Shown piece by piece: positions 19,635 to 29,374 of a stretch of DNA of 64,000 bases (within the stretch, counting starts at the first letter, position 1; each line of letters begins with the position of its first letter). The notes below the pieces were generated by a model. The model was not told where the DNA came from and did no database searches. It worked only from the letters and a program-made list of their open reading frames with translations. The position numbers and the translations under genes were made by a program. Location: assembly GCA_016214555.1 (NCBI GenBank), contig JACROF010000003.1:930-64929 (forward strand), read 5' to 3'. Source of the DNA: Candidatus Levyibacteriota bacterium (GTDB lineage Bacteria; Patescibacteriota; Microgenomatia; Levybacterales; UBA12049).

Positions 19635-19904
19635 ATGTTTTACTTCTACATCCTCAGAAGTTTAAAAAATCAAAAACTTTATCTTGGCTATTCCTCTGAC
19701 TTAAAAGAAAGAATAAAATCTCACAATAATGGCAAAAATAATGCCACTAAACCAAATATTCCCTATGAATTAATTTACTATTCTGCATTTAAAAGTGAAA
19801 AAGACGCTATTAATTGTGAGCAATATTTCAAAACCACTGCTGGGTGGAAACGAATTCATAAAATGCTTGAAAACACATTAAAAGATACTCAGTCTCTGAT
19901 ATAA
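19635..19904 (+). CDS. Small GIY-YIG nuclease
   Basis: FYFYILRS...LYLGYSSDLKERIKSHN...A...E.YFK. Confidence 0.9.
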   Translation: MFYFYILRSLKNQKLYLGYSSDLKERIKSHNNGKNNATKPNIPYELIYYSAFKSEKDAINCEQYFKTTAGWKRIHKMLENTLKDTQSLI

Positions 19905-19911
19905 TTTCCTC

Positions 19912-20346
19912 ATGATTAAAATACCATATTACGAGACTTCTTATTTCTCCTTCTCCAACTTCTCATCCCACTCTATAAAAATAGATGGAGTTTTATATCC
20001 TACCGTTGAACATGCTTTTCATGCTGCGAAATTCGATAATGAAAAAATAAAGGAAGAAATCAAAAGCGCGGGCAGTCCGCTGAAGGCATTTGAGATTGGT
20101 AAGAAGTATAAACCACAAAGGAGAAGCAACTGGGATGAGACAAAAGTGTCTGTACTTCAAAAAATCATTGCTGAAAAAGTGAAACAACACGACGAAGTCA
20201 GAAAAGCATTACTCGCAACTGGTAATGAGGAGATCATAGAAGATAACCCACTTGATGATTTCTGGGGAAATGGTAAAGACGGAAACGGACAAAATCATAT
20301 GGGTAAAATCTTAATGAGGATCAGAAATGAACTACAATTTCAGTAA
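19912..20346 (+). CDS. NADAR family protein
   Basis: FSNF, YPTVEHAFHAAKF, LLATG, D.FWG.G..G.G.N.MGKILM.IR. Confidence 0.92.
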   Translation: MIKIPYYETSYFSFSNFSSHSIKIDGVLYPTVEHAFHAAKFDNEKIKEEIKSAGSPLKAFEIGKKYKPQRRSNWDETKVSVLQKIIAEKVKQHDEVRKALLATGNEEIIEDNPLDDFWGNGKDGNGQNHMGKILMRIRNELQFQ

Positions 20347-20429
20347 TTTTTGTAAATAATACGTTCCAACATATCCACATAGACCTATCTTCTTGTTGCA
20401 TATAAAAATATAAAATCTACAATATCACC

Positions 20430-20957
20430 ATGGTTATTTCTCCATATCAACAAACACTTACCCATAGCTGCTTGGCAGCTTGTTTTTTGATGCTTCAAGA
20501 AAAACAGTTTACAAAGTTTGATGAACAGGAACTGGCTCTTAAAGGGTCAAGCAGAAAATATCCTTTCTATGTTGTGGGTATTCCTGAAGAGTTTGTCAAA
20601 AAGTATGATGGCAACATTAAAATTTATGCAGATAATAATTTTTTTGCTACAACACTTCAAAAAGCATTTATAGGCAATAAAAAAATACATGTTACTCACA
20701 AAAAGATAGATATGGCTTTTATCACTGAATTACTTAATGAAAAACCACTTATTTGTCATATTGATAACCATGCATTAGGTGATTATTCTCATGTATCACA
20801 TTTCATAATTCTAGAGAAAGCAACAAAAGAATTTGTAACTATCATTGACCCCTGGAGTGGAAAGAAAAAGAAAATTAGCAAATCTACACTGACTGAGGCA
20901 ATATCTGATTTAAAAAATCATGTAAAAATGTGTCCCCTTCTATTCTCAGTTGAATAA
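20430..20957 (+). CDS. Peptidase C39-like (papain-fold) protein
   Basis: Q.....SC..AC, HFII, IIDPW catalytic pattern. Confidence 0.7.
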   Translation: MVISPYQQTLTHSCLAACFLMLQEKQFTKFDEQELALKGSSRKYPFYVVGIPEEFVKKYDGNIKIYADNNFFATTLQKAFIGNKKIHVTHKKIDMAFITELLNEKPLICHIDNHALGDYSHVSHFIILEKATKEFVTIIDPWSGKKKKISKSTLTEAISDLKNHVKMCPLLFSVE

Positions 20958-21049
20958 TACACCCAACATAGTTGCTTAGCACGTAAAACAAAATTAAAAA
21001 GCGGACATTATTATTCCAACCATAACCACCCCAATGGTGCAAGAAAAAA

Positions 21050-21634
21050 TTAAAGCAGATTGCTATTTTTGAGCATGCGCTGCTGGATATCAATCCTATT
21101 AATCTCACGAGTAACAAAATTTTGACCCTGTGGTGAACCTTGACGAATCTGATCGATAACCCCTTCACTTGGCACAACTTTTCCCTCTATGTCGACATAC
21201 TCAGGATTCTGGCCAATACGTCGTATTGCCACCTCTCTTGCATGCTCTGGGTCATCTGTATAAAAACCCCATGCATTCGTTTTCAAGGTTCCTTTAAATT
21301 CCCTTGCGACTCTGTCTTTAAAAGATGTAGCCTCACCTACGTATCCTTCTCGTACTCTCATTATCTCACCCATGGTATAAAAATAATCCAGATCAGGATA
21401 ATACCCTACAACCTGATTTTGAAATGCTTCAGACTGGGGATCTATTCCATCCATCTGAATTCTTGCTGCTTCAAGTGCTAAATTAAGCGATTCCATATCC
21501 CATCCCTTTCCTGGCCCATGAATCGAGCTGTCTCTATAGCGAATAGGTGGTGGATTCTCGGGTGCAGGAGAATTGTAGTAGTTTATAACAAAAGCGCCAC
21601 TTTTTTTAAAAATAACCATAATCCAACCAAACAT
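21050..21634 (-). CDS. Hypothetical protein
   Basis: Long ORF; start uncertain. Confidence 0.55.
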   Translation of the reverse strand: MFGWIMVIFKKSGAFVINYYNSPAPENPPPIRYRDSSIHGPGKGWDMESLNLALEAARIQMDGIDPQSEAFQNQVVGYYPDLDYFYTMGEIMRVREGYVGEATSFKDRVAREFKGTLKTNAWGFYTDDPEHAREVAIRRIGQNPEYVDIEGKVVPSEGVIDQIRQGSPQGQNFVTREINRIDIQQRMLKNSNLL

Positions 21635-21681
21635 TTGCGAAAATCTTACATTACTTATAGTTTTTCCTTTATAATAGTTTT

Positions 21682-22305
21682 ATGAGGAAATTGATCGGGG
21701 TTATTATTGTTACCTCTTTTGTTATTGGAGGAGCATTTCTTCTGATACAAAATAATACGACTCGCCAGCTTCCCAAATCTCTCTCTGAGTCAAACCAAGT
21801 CGCACCTTCCTCGTCTAGCTCAGAAATAATTGATAAACTCAAGGCTGGAGGAAGTAGTCTTTCAGATCCAAAAGGCGTTTTTAGCATTCTCTACCCAAAT
21901 GATTACAAAACAGATACCCAAAATAACGGACAATATATTCGTATTTACAAAACTGGTTCAACACAACGAGGACAAACCGAAATGTATGATGGAGTCATTA
22001 TTACCTTTGAAAGTATCACTCTTAACAGTCAGAAGCTGGAATCCTTTGTAGATGAACATATTAAAAGTAGTACAGTCGATGGCACCACCACGGTGAGCCA
22101 ACCAAAAAGAGCTACTGTGGTCAATGGTTATCCTGGCTTTAGCTATACTCTTCACGGACTTGGTGAATCCACATATATAGTCCTTCAGAAAGATACCCAA
22201 TCAGACTATGCAGTAAGCATATCCTATGCTGTGATGGACCCAGAAAAAGTTGGCTATCAACAAGAAGTCGATGCCACCTTCTCCACTATCCAGCTTCTCA
22301 AATAA
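21682..22305 (+). CDS. Membrane-anchored PsbP-like/DcrB-like extracellular protein
   Basis: N-terminal TM, FSILYP.D, VNGYPG, C-terminal FSTIQL pattern. Confidence 0.55.
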   Translation: MRKLIGVIIVTSFVIGGAFLLIQNNTTRQLPKSLSESNQVAPSSSSSEIIDKLKAGGSSLSDPKGVFSILYPNDYKTDTQNNGQYIRIYKTGSTQRGQTEMYDGVIITFESITLNSQKLESFVDEHIKSSTVDGTTTVSQPKRATVVNGYPGFSYTLHGLGESTYIVLQKDTQSDYAVSISYAVMDPEKVGYQQEVDATFSTIQLLK

Positions 22306-22421
22306 ATACTATAGGTTGACTTCTGATTTCATTTATGGTAAAGTTCACCTAAGTCAATGGCCACACAAGGCTATTAGAACATTCACAGCTTAGTCGTTTT
22401 AAAAGTGAAAGGATACCGCAG

Positions 22422-22781
22422 ATGGGTCGTTATCTTGCTCTTTTGCCATTCGATTTCGATTGGGTGAAAACTGATTTTTCTCACTCGATATTAGAGTGCA
22501 CCCAGCGATCGGAGCTTTTCGAAGAGCTTGAAAAACTTCCGAGCATGCCTGTTCCAGAGCAATTTCATACCTATCTTGGCTACGATCCTGAGACTGAGAG
22601 GACTTGCTACGGCAACACCCAGACCACAAATGATGGCGAGCAGCTCATGTATGTTTTGGTCGAACAGCTCCTTCCATTTTCCACTCACGAGCTCGTGAGG
22701 GACAATTTTCTCAATAGGGCTGTTTGGGCGTATCTGAAAGAGCTTCCAAGGAAAACAAAAATAGCTCTTTACTTTCACTGA
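22422..22781 (+). CDS. Hypothetical protein
   Basis: GAAAGGA SD, own promoter and terminator. Confidence 0.7.
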   Translation: MGRYLALLPFDFDWVKTDFSHSILECTQRSELFEELEKLPSMPVPEQFHTYLGYDPETERTCYGNTQTTNDGEQLMYVLVEQLLPFSTHELVRDNFLNRAVWAYLKELPRKTKIALYFH

Positions 22782-22799
22782 TCCAACTTTACCACCCAC

Positions 22800-22828
22800 A
22801 CCCCGGCCATTGGCCGGGGTTTTTCTTT
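22800..22828 (+). terminator. Intrinsic terminator
   Basis: ACCCCGGCCATTGGCCGGGGT followed by T tract; near-identical copy at 26103-26132. Confidence 0.85.
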
Positions 22829-22930
22829 GGGAAAAAACTCCAAATCTATCTCTATAGGACGTTTTTATGCTATACTTCCCCAACTGCAAACCGCAGGCAC
22901 ATTAACCTTGATAAAAAGAAAGGCACGGAT

Positions 22931-23743
22931 TTGGTCATACCAACAAATATCCCTATACCGACCCTCACGAAAAATGAGGTAGCAATACTATCTCATATAG
23001 TCACTACTCAAAGTCCATGCTATATAGGCAATATCTCAAAAGAGCTTGGCCTTGCTGAGTCAACGGTACGCTCCTCTCTTAGATCGCTCTGCACCAAAAA
23101 TTTGATCGTTCGCGACAAAATTGAAAAGACAAATGTCGGAGCGGCAAGACAGCTTTATATCCTTCGTGACCTTCAATTTGCTCGGCAAGTTCTAGGAGCA
23201 CGAGGAGGAGTACCTCAACCTACGCCGGTAGCACAAATTGAGAAAAAAGGACTACGAGTTATCTACGCTCGGGAAGATTTTGATCCGTCAACAATTGGAA
23301 GATCAATCTTTCTTGCCGGACCAACACCTCGCTCAAAGCGCGTACCATCCTGGAGAAAGAAAGCCCTCAACTTCCTCTCCCAGATGGTTGCAACGCCTTT
23401 GACAGTATTTGTTCCGGAAGATCATGATGGCACCTTCCACAAAGCGTTCTTCGATGATCAGGTCGAGTGGGAAGAGAAAGCTCTTACAGCAGCAACTGTC
23501 ATCGCATTCTGGATCCCACGAGATCTCAGAACTCTTCCTGGTTTTACCACCAACGATGAGTTTGGAGCATGGAAGAGGTCAGGGAAAGTAGTCCTTGGTG
23601 TACCACCTGAGACTCCAAAGACTCGCTACCAACTGTATTACGCCAGAAAACTTGGTATTCCTACAGCCAAGTCGCTTGAGAAAACACTGGCACTTGCGTG
23701 CATCAAGGTAAAAGAAATTAATTGCGACACCCCGGCTTCATAG
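22931..23743 (+). CDS. Winged-HTH fused to nucleoside 2-deoxyribosyltransferase-like domain
   Basis: ISKELGLAESTVRSSLRSL HTH; SIFLAGPTPR..SWR, QVEWE, FWIPR, TTNDEFG motifs; TTG start after GAAAGG (the track's 22724 start spans a terminator). Confidence 0.75.
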   Translation: MVIPTNIPIPTLTKNEVAILSHIVTTQSPCYIGNISKELGLAESTVRSSLRSLCTKNLIVRDKIEKTNVGAARQLYILRDLQFARQVLGARGGVPQPTPVAQIEKKGLRVIYAREDFDPSTIGRSIFLAGPTPRSKRVPSWRKKALNFLSQMVATPLTVFVPEDHDGTFHKAFFDDQVEWEEKALTAATVIAFWIPRDLRTLPGFTTNDEFGAWKRSGKVVLGVPPETPKTRYQLYYARKLGIPTAKSLEKTLALACIKVKEINCDTPAS

Positions 23744-23754
23744 CCGGGGTTTTT
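23729..23754 (+). terminator. Intrinsic terminator
   Basis: ACCCCGGCT-TCAT-AGCCGGGGT followed by T tract. Confidence 0.8.
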
Positions 23755-23861
23755 CTTATAAGCGCACTATGGGATTGTTCTATCACAATCATTTCGCTAT
23801 AATACATACTGTTCTCAGGCAAATCACCTTGAGCTCATTTAGCACATTTAAAGGAGGAGAT

Positions 23862-24275
23862 ATGTATCTTAAAATAAAAGCGCTCATGTACGTTGTTGGG
23901 TATCCTTTGTTCTATCTGCTCACAAGAGGTCTTTTGCACATCAACAAGATTGAGACAGACCTACCTCACGACAGTATTGAGGTTGCTCTGAAAACATTTG
24001 TTTATTGGTCTATTCTCTTCGCGGTGATACCAGTTAGTTTCATGTTATTTCTTGGACTAATGGAAGCGCCTCCACCAATAGCTGTCATAGCTTTTATACC
24101 AGGCTTGATGCTGATTGGCCTTACCTATGCAGCAATGCCTACAACCGTTGGCATTGGTGGCCTAAGCTTTGCTTGTTTGTTGAGCCTCATTCTTGTGGTC
24201 ATAACACACCCATTCGAGCGATGCATGGTTGAAATCGAGTTCCCTAGCTCAGAAAGGTCTTTACACGAAAGATAA
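23862..24275 (+). CDS. Hypothetical membrane protein
   Basis: AAGGAGG SD, about 4 TM segments. Confidence 0.7.
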   Translation: MYLKIKALMYVVGYPLFYLLTRGLLHINKIETDLPHDSIEVALKTFVYWSILFAVIPVSFMLFLGLMEAPPPIAVIAFIPGLMLIGLTYAAMPTTVGIGGLSFACLLSLILVVITHPFERCMVEIEFPSSERSLHER

Positions 24276-24289
24276 CTATATCCACTCAT

Positions 24290-24318
24290 GCGGTGGCCAT
24301 CAGGCCACCGCTTTTTTT
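24290..24318 (+). terminator. Intrinsic terminator
   Basis: GCGGTGGCC-ATCA-GGCCACCGC followed by T7. Confidence 0.85.
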
Positions 24319-24750
24319 GTTGTGATCACATTAATACTCTCTTAACATGCTCGTCTCTACCTACAATGATAAATATTCCCTATTATCACTATAGGTTTAC
24401 TTTTTAAGACTTCTAGTGTATAATCCATACGCTTTACAGGTTAGTACAGAACAATTGCGTTTTGCTACTTTCTAACGTAAATAGTTCTTTAACAACTTGA
24501 GATTCAAATTTTAAGAATTTATCTTTATTTCTATCGATATGAAGCTAATTTCGGGTCGATGGCGCTTTGCTCATGGTATCGTGCGTAAAGTGCCGTCGAT
24601 CAGGAAGAATCAGCGCGATTCAATCCTGCATTGTAATGGCTTTGTTTGAAATGGAGAAAGGCCTGTAGACATATGCAAGGAGGTGCACAACCCTAACAAA
24701 CAGGTAAATTCTTTCGTCGCCAAACTTTACCCAAAAAAGGAGAAGAATCG

Positions 24751-26076
24751 ATGTCAGATCAGACAGGAGCCCTTCAGATTCCCGTTGTCGGAACCGGCAC
24801 TCTAGCAGTTCCACCGCAACCACAGGGATCAGCCAGCTCCGCCCTCATGCAGACGGGAAATACAGCAACAGAGCGAAAGCAGCTCATCTGCAAGGACATC
24901 CTCAGGGCATTAAGCCCCGAAAGATTCCAACAAGCCACGGTCGTTGCCCAAGCCGACTACCCCAATATGCTGGTAAACAGCCAGATCGGTATGGTATACG
25001 GCTCTGAAGCGATCGCCGCCATGAACGCACTCGTCAGTTCGATGCGCACCAGAGTCACTCCGGTAGAAATACCGCAGCTTGACAAGATGATGGCTGCGAT
25101 CAACGATGAGATGCGCAGCTTCCGCGGCCACTACGACACCAGCAAGGACCCCGAACTTCGCGAGAAATACGAAAAAGCGATGGGCGGGATCAAGAAGCTA
25201 TTCAACCGAGGCAAGACCTACATGGAAATGCTCCATGAAGATATGCAATCCTCGGTCGAAAGGCTCGATGGCATCAAGGCAGAGCTACTTGCTAAGCAAG
25301 CTCAGCTCATACGAAATGTCGGCCTCTACGACGAGCTGTATCTGGCAAACGAACAGGAAATCGTCAACGTCATCGAAGCCATCGCACGGATGGAGATGAT
25401 TTGCGATTTGGCAGCTGCAGAAGCAGCTGCAATCGTTGGCGACCCCAACGATCCCGTCAATCACGCCAAGTTCGAGCGGAAACGTTTCATTGCAATATTT
25501 GCCAACAACCTGACGCTCAGGCTCACCGAATTCAAAAACCGCCTATTCGCCGGCTATGCGATGTCACCACAGATCACTCAGTCTCGAGACATCGATACTG
25601 CGATGGCGATGAAACTTTATTCTGTCTGCGATACCACCATCCCTCTCATCGAGTCAACCATGCTTCGATGGCAGATGATGGTCCAGGCAGAACTCGCAGC
25701 CGAAGCCGCAAACGCAGTCGCAAGACTCACCAACGAGGTACTCGTCGCGAATTTCGAAGCCGGAGCGGATATCCTGCCTCGAGTCGCCCAGGCGATTCAA
25801 ACGCCGACGATAACCCCCGAGACCATTTTGGCACTCGGTACAAGTATCGAGAAGCAGACTCAAGGCATCATCGATGCCTACGCTGCCGGACGTGAGCGAC
25901 GCGCAGCAGTCGATGATGCGATCGTAACTACGTACCGTGTCATCCAAAATGCTACGGCCAAGGTGAGCGACGAAGTCGTTGATCAACTGCTTGCGCAAGC
26001 CAACGCACCGCTCCCAGCTGTCATCACTGCGAAGCTTCCCGAGCTTCCAGCAGGTATTGAATCTCAAGCTTCCTAG
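24751..26076 (+). CDS. Toxic anion resistance protein (TelA/KlaA family)
   Basis: Helical protein; PQI....D..MA.KL...CDTTIP resembles TelA PQIR...TIP; AGGAG SD; visibly GC-richer than flanks. Confidence 0.7.
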   Translation: MSDQTGALQIPVVGTGTLAVPPQPQGSASSALMQTGNTATERKQLICKDILRALSPERFQQATVVAQADYPNMLVNSQIGMVYGSEAIAAMNALVSSMRTRVTPVEIPQLDKMMAAINDEMRSFRGHYDTSKDPELREKYEKAMGGIKKLFNRGKTYMEMLHEDMQSSVERLDGIKAELLAKQAQLIRNVGLYDELYLANEQEIVNVIEAIARMEMICDLAAAEAAAIVGDPNDPVNHAKFERKRFIAIFANNLTLRLTEFKNRLFAGYAMSPQITQSRDIDTAMAMKLYSVCDTTIPLIESTMLRWQMMVQAELAAEAANAVARLTNEVLVANFEAGADILPRVAQAIQTPTITPETILALGTSIEKQTQGIIDAYAAGRERRAAVDDAIVTTYRVIQNATAKVSDEVVDQLLAQANAPLPAVITAKLPELPAGIESQAS

Positions 26077-26102
26077 TTCCTAGCAGCGCCTAGGAGATTT
26101 CT

Positions 26103-26132
26103 AACCCCGGCCAATGGCCGGGGTTTTTCTTT
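26103..26132 (+). terminator. Intrinsic terminator
   Basis: AACCCCGGCCAATGGCCGGGGTTTTTCTTT. Confidence 0.85.
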
Positions 26133-26154
26133 GGAAAAACGTTATACTAGATAT

Positions 26155-26286
26155 ATGGGAAACAAGAAAAAAATTATCCCTTTTTTTGAAAAAAATGAAT
26201 TACGAATTATTGCAATAAGTCTGAGTATTTTATCTTTTGGTCTTGCCATCGCATGGATTGGATTCGCGCTCTTTTCCGCAAAATAA
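26155..26286 (+). CDS. Small single-TM protein (43 aa), absent from the ORF track
   Basis: MGNKKKIIPFFEKNELRIIAISLSILSFGLAIAWIGFALFSAK; TATACT 6 nt upstream of ATG. Confidence 0.55.
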   Translation: MGNKKKIIPFFEKNELRIIAISLSILSFGLAIAWIGFALFSAK

Positions 26287-26344
26287 TTTTTTAAATTTCT
26301 CTCTTGTTTTTTTGTAAAAAATTATTGATACTTATATCTATTCA

Positions 26345-27763
26345 ATGAAGTATATAGTTATTACTTTTTCCGGTCTTGGTCTCCCCATCGCCTACAAACT
26401 ACATCAGCAAGGATACGAAGTGCATGTTGGTATGGTCCAAAACATCAAGGATTATGTTTTGGAAGAAGAAATATCACGAGCAAAAGAAGGTGAAGAAGAC
26501 AGAAATAAAAGAATGCAACTTTTCCAAGGCATGCTTCCCATTGAGCCTGCAGATAAAGTTATTGAACGGATGAGATCAATCCCCAACCCTCAGGACTACT
26601 TTGTCTTTTTTGATGAAAACTGTCTTTATAGGTGGGTAGATAAAATTCGCGATCTTAACTTTCATGGTAATTTCCCAACAAAAGCAGATTTTTTATTTGA
26701 AGTTGATCGCAAAAGAGCCAAGCAATTTGTTCAGGAACACTACCCCAAACTTAACACCCCTGAGGTACACGAATTCACCAAAATCAAAGATGGTATAAAA
26801 TTTCTCAAAGAAAGCAAAGAACTTTGGGTACTCAAAGGACAAATTGATACCGCTCGAACTTTTGTCCCTGCAGTTGAAGACCCAGGACTTGCCAATACCC
26901 AACTTGCTGAAGTTTTGGCTAATTTTCCTTACAAATATGAGAGGCTGGGATTTATTCTTGAGAGATTTATTCCCGATATCATCGAGCTGACGCCTGAAAA
27001 ATTTTATTACGACGGTGAACCCATTGCTACATCTCTTCTCTTTGAAAACAAACCATTTGGCAGTGGCAATATCTCAGTCCAGACGGGTTGCGCTGAAGAC
27101 CTCTGCTTCCCAACTGATATGAATGACCGCATCAATAAGATTGCTTTCCCACCTATCATTGATGAAATGGCTAAAGAGCATAAAGGGTGGTTTATCTGGG
27201 ATGCCTCAATTCTCATTGGAAAAAGAGATGGAAAAATGTATTTTGGTGAGTTTTGCTCAAATCGGCCAGGTTATAGCAGTTTTTTCAATGAACTCGCACA
27301 ATGCAATAGCGTCAATGGATTTTTTGAAAGCCTTGTCAAAAAGAAAAATCCTTATACACTAGGGACCGTTGGCTGCTCCGTATCAATTTTTAATATGAAC
27401 CGAGATGAAGACACCGATGCAATCTCTTCAAATATTCTTATTAACTACAAGCCTGAAATCGAAAAAGATGTCTGGTTGTGGGACGTAAGACGAAACGAAC
27501 GAAATAATATCGTCACCATAGGTACAGATTGGAATTTAGCCGTCATTACTGGAGCAGGGAAATCAATTCCTCAGGCTGTTAACAGACTCTATAGAAATGT
27601 TGAGAATTTTGCTATTGTTGGATCATACCATCGACCAAAAGACGATTATTTGTCCATGGATTATCAATCATCAATTATCAATAGGATTAACTATGGCCTC
27701 GAGCGAGGCTTGTTTCACATACCATTTGATGTTAAAATCGGCGATATCGACGCAACGGTATGA
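26345..27763 (+). CDS. Divergent PurD-like ATP-grasp ligase
   Basis: E.DR..AK.F, WVLK, ILERFI, GSGNISVQTG, EFCSNRPGY parallel GARS motifs. Confidence 0.65.
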   Translation: MKYIVITFSGLGLPIAYKLHQQGYEVHVGMVQNIKDYVLEEEISRAKEGEEDRNKRMQLFQGMLPIEPADKVIERMRSIPNPQDYFVFFDENCLYRWVDKIRDLNFHGNFPTKADFLFEVDRKRAKQFVQEHYPKLNTPEVHEFTKIKDGIKFLKESKELWVLKGQIDTARTFVPAVEDPGLANTQLAEVLANFPYKYERLGFILERFIPDIIELTPEKFYYDGEPIATSLLFENKPFGSGNISVQTGCAEDLCFPTDMNDRINKIAFPPIIDEMAKEHKGWFIWDASILIGKRDGKMYFGEFCSNRPGYSSFFNELAQCNSVNGFFESLVKKKNPYTLGTVGCSVSIFNMNRDEDTDAISSNILINYKPEIEKDVWLWDVRRNERNNIVTIGTDWNLAVITGAGKSIPQAVNRLYRNVENFAIVGSYHRPKDDYLSMDYQSSIINRINYGLERGLFHIPFDVKIGDIDATV

Positions 27764-28236
27764 CAAAAAATCGACTTTTGGATTTAAAAAAACTCAAATT
27801 TGAGGTTCGTGACGTCATGCGATATGACGATGCAGGGGATTATTTTGCCAACACGATTGTAGCCTACGACTTCAAAGACGACGTGATCACCAACGCTATT
27901 TTTCTCCACGAATTTATTGAGTATATGCTCATCAAGTCATCGGGTATTGAGCCTGAGCTGATTGACAAACTCGACACTGTTCCCAATGCTGAAAAAGATT
28001 ATCCAAGAGAGTGGAAGCTCTATGAAAAATATCACGATATGGCAAATAGTGTAGAGAGACAATTTATCGAAAATCTTGGCCTCAACTGGGAAGAATATGA
28101 CAAAACAGTCAACACCGCTAAAATCAAAACCGCAGTTCGTCACCTCTCAGATGAGATGCATAAAAAACAAATGGATAAAAAAGATATTACCAAAGCAAAA
28201 AGAATTGTCCGCGCAATCTTTAGAAAAAGAAAATAA
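27760..28236 (+). CDS. Hypothetical HExxE (zincin-like) protein
   Basis: AGDY, LHEFIE, YH..A..VER motifs; ATGA overlap with the upstream gene. Confidence 0.6.
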   Translation: MTKNRLLDLKKLKFEVRDVMRYDDAGDYFANTIVAYDFKDDVITNAIFLHEFIEYMLIKSSGIEPELIDKLDTVPNAEKDYPREWKLYEKYHDMANSVERQFIENLGLNWEEYDKTVNTAKIKTAVRHLSDEMHKKQMDKKDITKAKRIVRAIFRKRK

Positions 28237-28360
28237 TATTCCCTTTCTATCTTATAGTTTTTGAGTTTCTCCTCGCCATTTGCTATAATCCACCTAACGT
28301 GAAAAGGCATGGCACGAGCCATATACCAACCTTTTCATTTGCACCTTGAAAGGGAAAGAA

Positions 28361-28756
28361 ATGACTGAGACAGCAAAACGCGGTGACTACGAAGTTGTCG
28401 CCTGTGTTGGCCTTGAGGAAATTGATGATCTCCCCTTCCGGGAGGCTCATCTTATCTGCTTGATTGGCATGTGTAATGGAAGCTGGAATATTACCTATGC
28501 CCGGGATGGCTCATGCTGTATGCGCATAGCTGTCACGAACGATCCTGAACTTTTTACGTATAGCCTCATCAAGAGCGCTGCATTCCTTGCTCAACTTCGC
28601 ATCCACAGTGCGAAATACACAACAGGTGAAAATATCGAACAATCGATCATATCTAGACTCAAGGGGCTTAAAGCTCCTCCGATAGTCTTTGCCAGATATC
28701 TCTGGCAATCAACGACCATGATCATTCGCGGCGTTCGAAACCAAAAGAAAGGTTAG
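28361..28756 (+). CDS. Hypothetical protein
   Basis: SD-like AAGGGA; follows promoter-hairpin-boxA-like leader. Confidence 0.6.
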   Translation: MTETAKRGDYEVVACVGLEEIDDLPFREAHLICLIGMCNGSWNITYARDGSCCMRIAVTNDPELFTYSLIKSAAFLAQLRIHSAKYTTGENIEQSIISRLKGLKAPPIVFARYLWQSTTMIIRGVRNQKKG

Positions 28757-28760
28757 ACAA

Positions 28761-29321
28761 ATGGACATTGTAGACATGCTAAAGCACAGTGTGACCATGG
28801 CGTACTTCTCAGAAGTCGCTCCTTGGTTTGCGGCAATTGAAGTTGTCGCACTCGGATTTTTCATTACGATGGCGATCCGCTACAGCATTGAGCCTGAACA
28901 CAAGCTATATTTCCTACCCTACTCAACGTTTTGGGCAGGTATGACGCTTGGATTTGGACTTATTGCGTACTTTGTCTCAAGAGGAACGCAGGACTATCAT
29001 CCAACGCATCACTGGTATGACCAATTCTGGTTCATGCTACTCATCGGTGCCATAGGGATGTTTATTGCCTTGCAAAATTCCTACAACACACAAAGAAACA
29101 CTGGTCGGGATATCTGGACACATAGTGAGTGGTGGTTGTGGCTTGTTGTCGCACCCATACTCACGCCTGTCTTGGTCCGAGGAATTATCGTCCTAGCAAA
29201 GACTGATGGAGCTGCCTCCACTAACTTTGCAGGAGTCATAATCGGCCTGTCTATCTATGTACTGACTCTATCTGTTGATGCTTTGAGATCACCCTCTAAA
29301 GCTTCAACAAAAAAAGAGTAA
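28761..29321 (+). CDS. Hypothetical membrane protein
   Basis: About 5 TM segments; terminator hairpin at 29340-29376. Confidence 0.7.
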   Translation: MDIVDMLKHSVTMAYFSEVAPWFAAIEVVALGFFITMAIRYSIEPEHKLYFLPYSTFWAGMTLGFGLIAYFVSRGTQDYHPTHHWYDQFWFMLLIGAIGMFIALQNSYNTQRNTGRDIWTHSEWWLWLVVAPILTPVLVRGIIVLAKTDGAASTNFAGVIIGLSIYVLTLSVDALRSPSKASTKKE

Positions 29322-29374
29322 CTTTCCTTTTCTCCAATTTGGCATTCCGGGCTCGTCTCGGAATGCCATTTTTT

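Noticed and set aside
22724-22930. N-terminal extension of the 339-aa ORF
   Set aside because: Spans the upstream gene end, a terminator and a promoter; TTG at 22931 with an SD is more plausible
24596-24625. SRP RNA-like CAGGAAGAATCAGC
   Set aside because: Does not form the CAGG-stem-GNRA-stem-AGCAG helix 8 geometry
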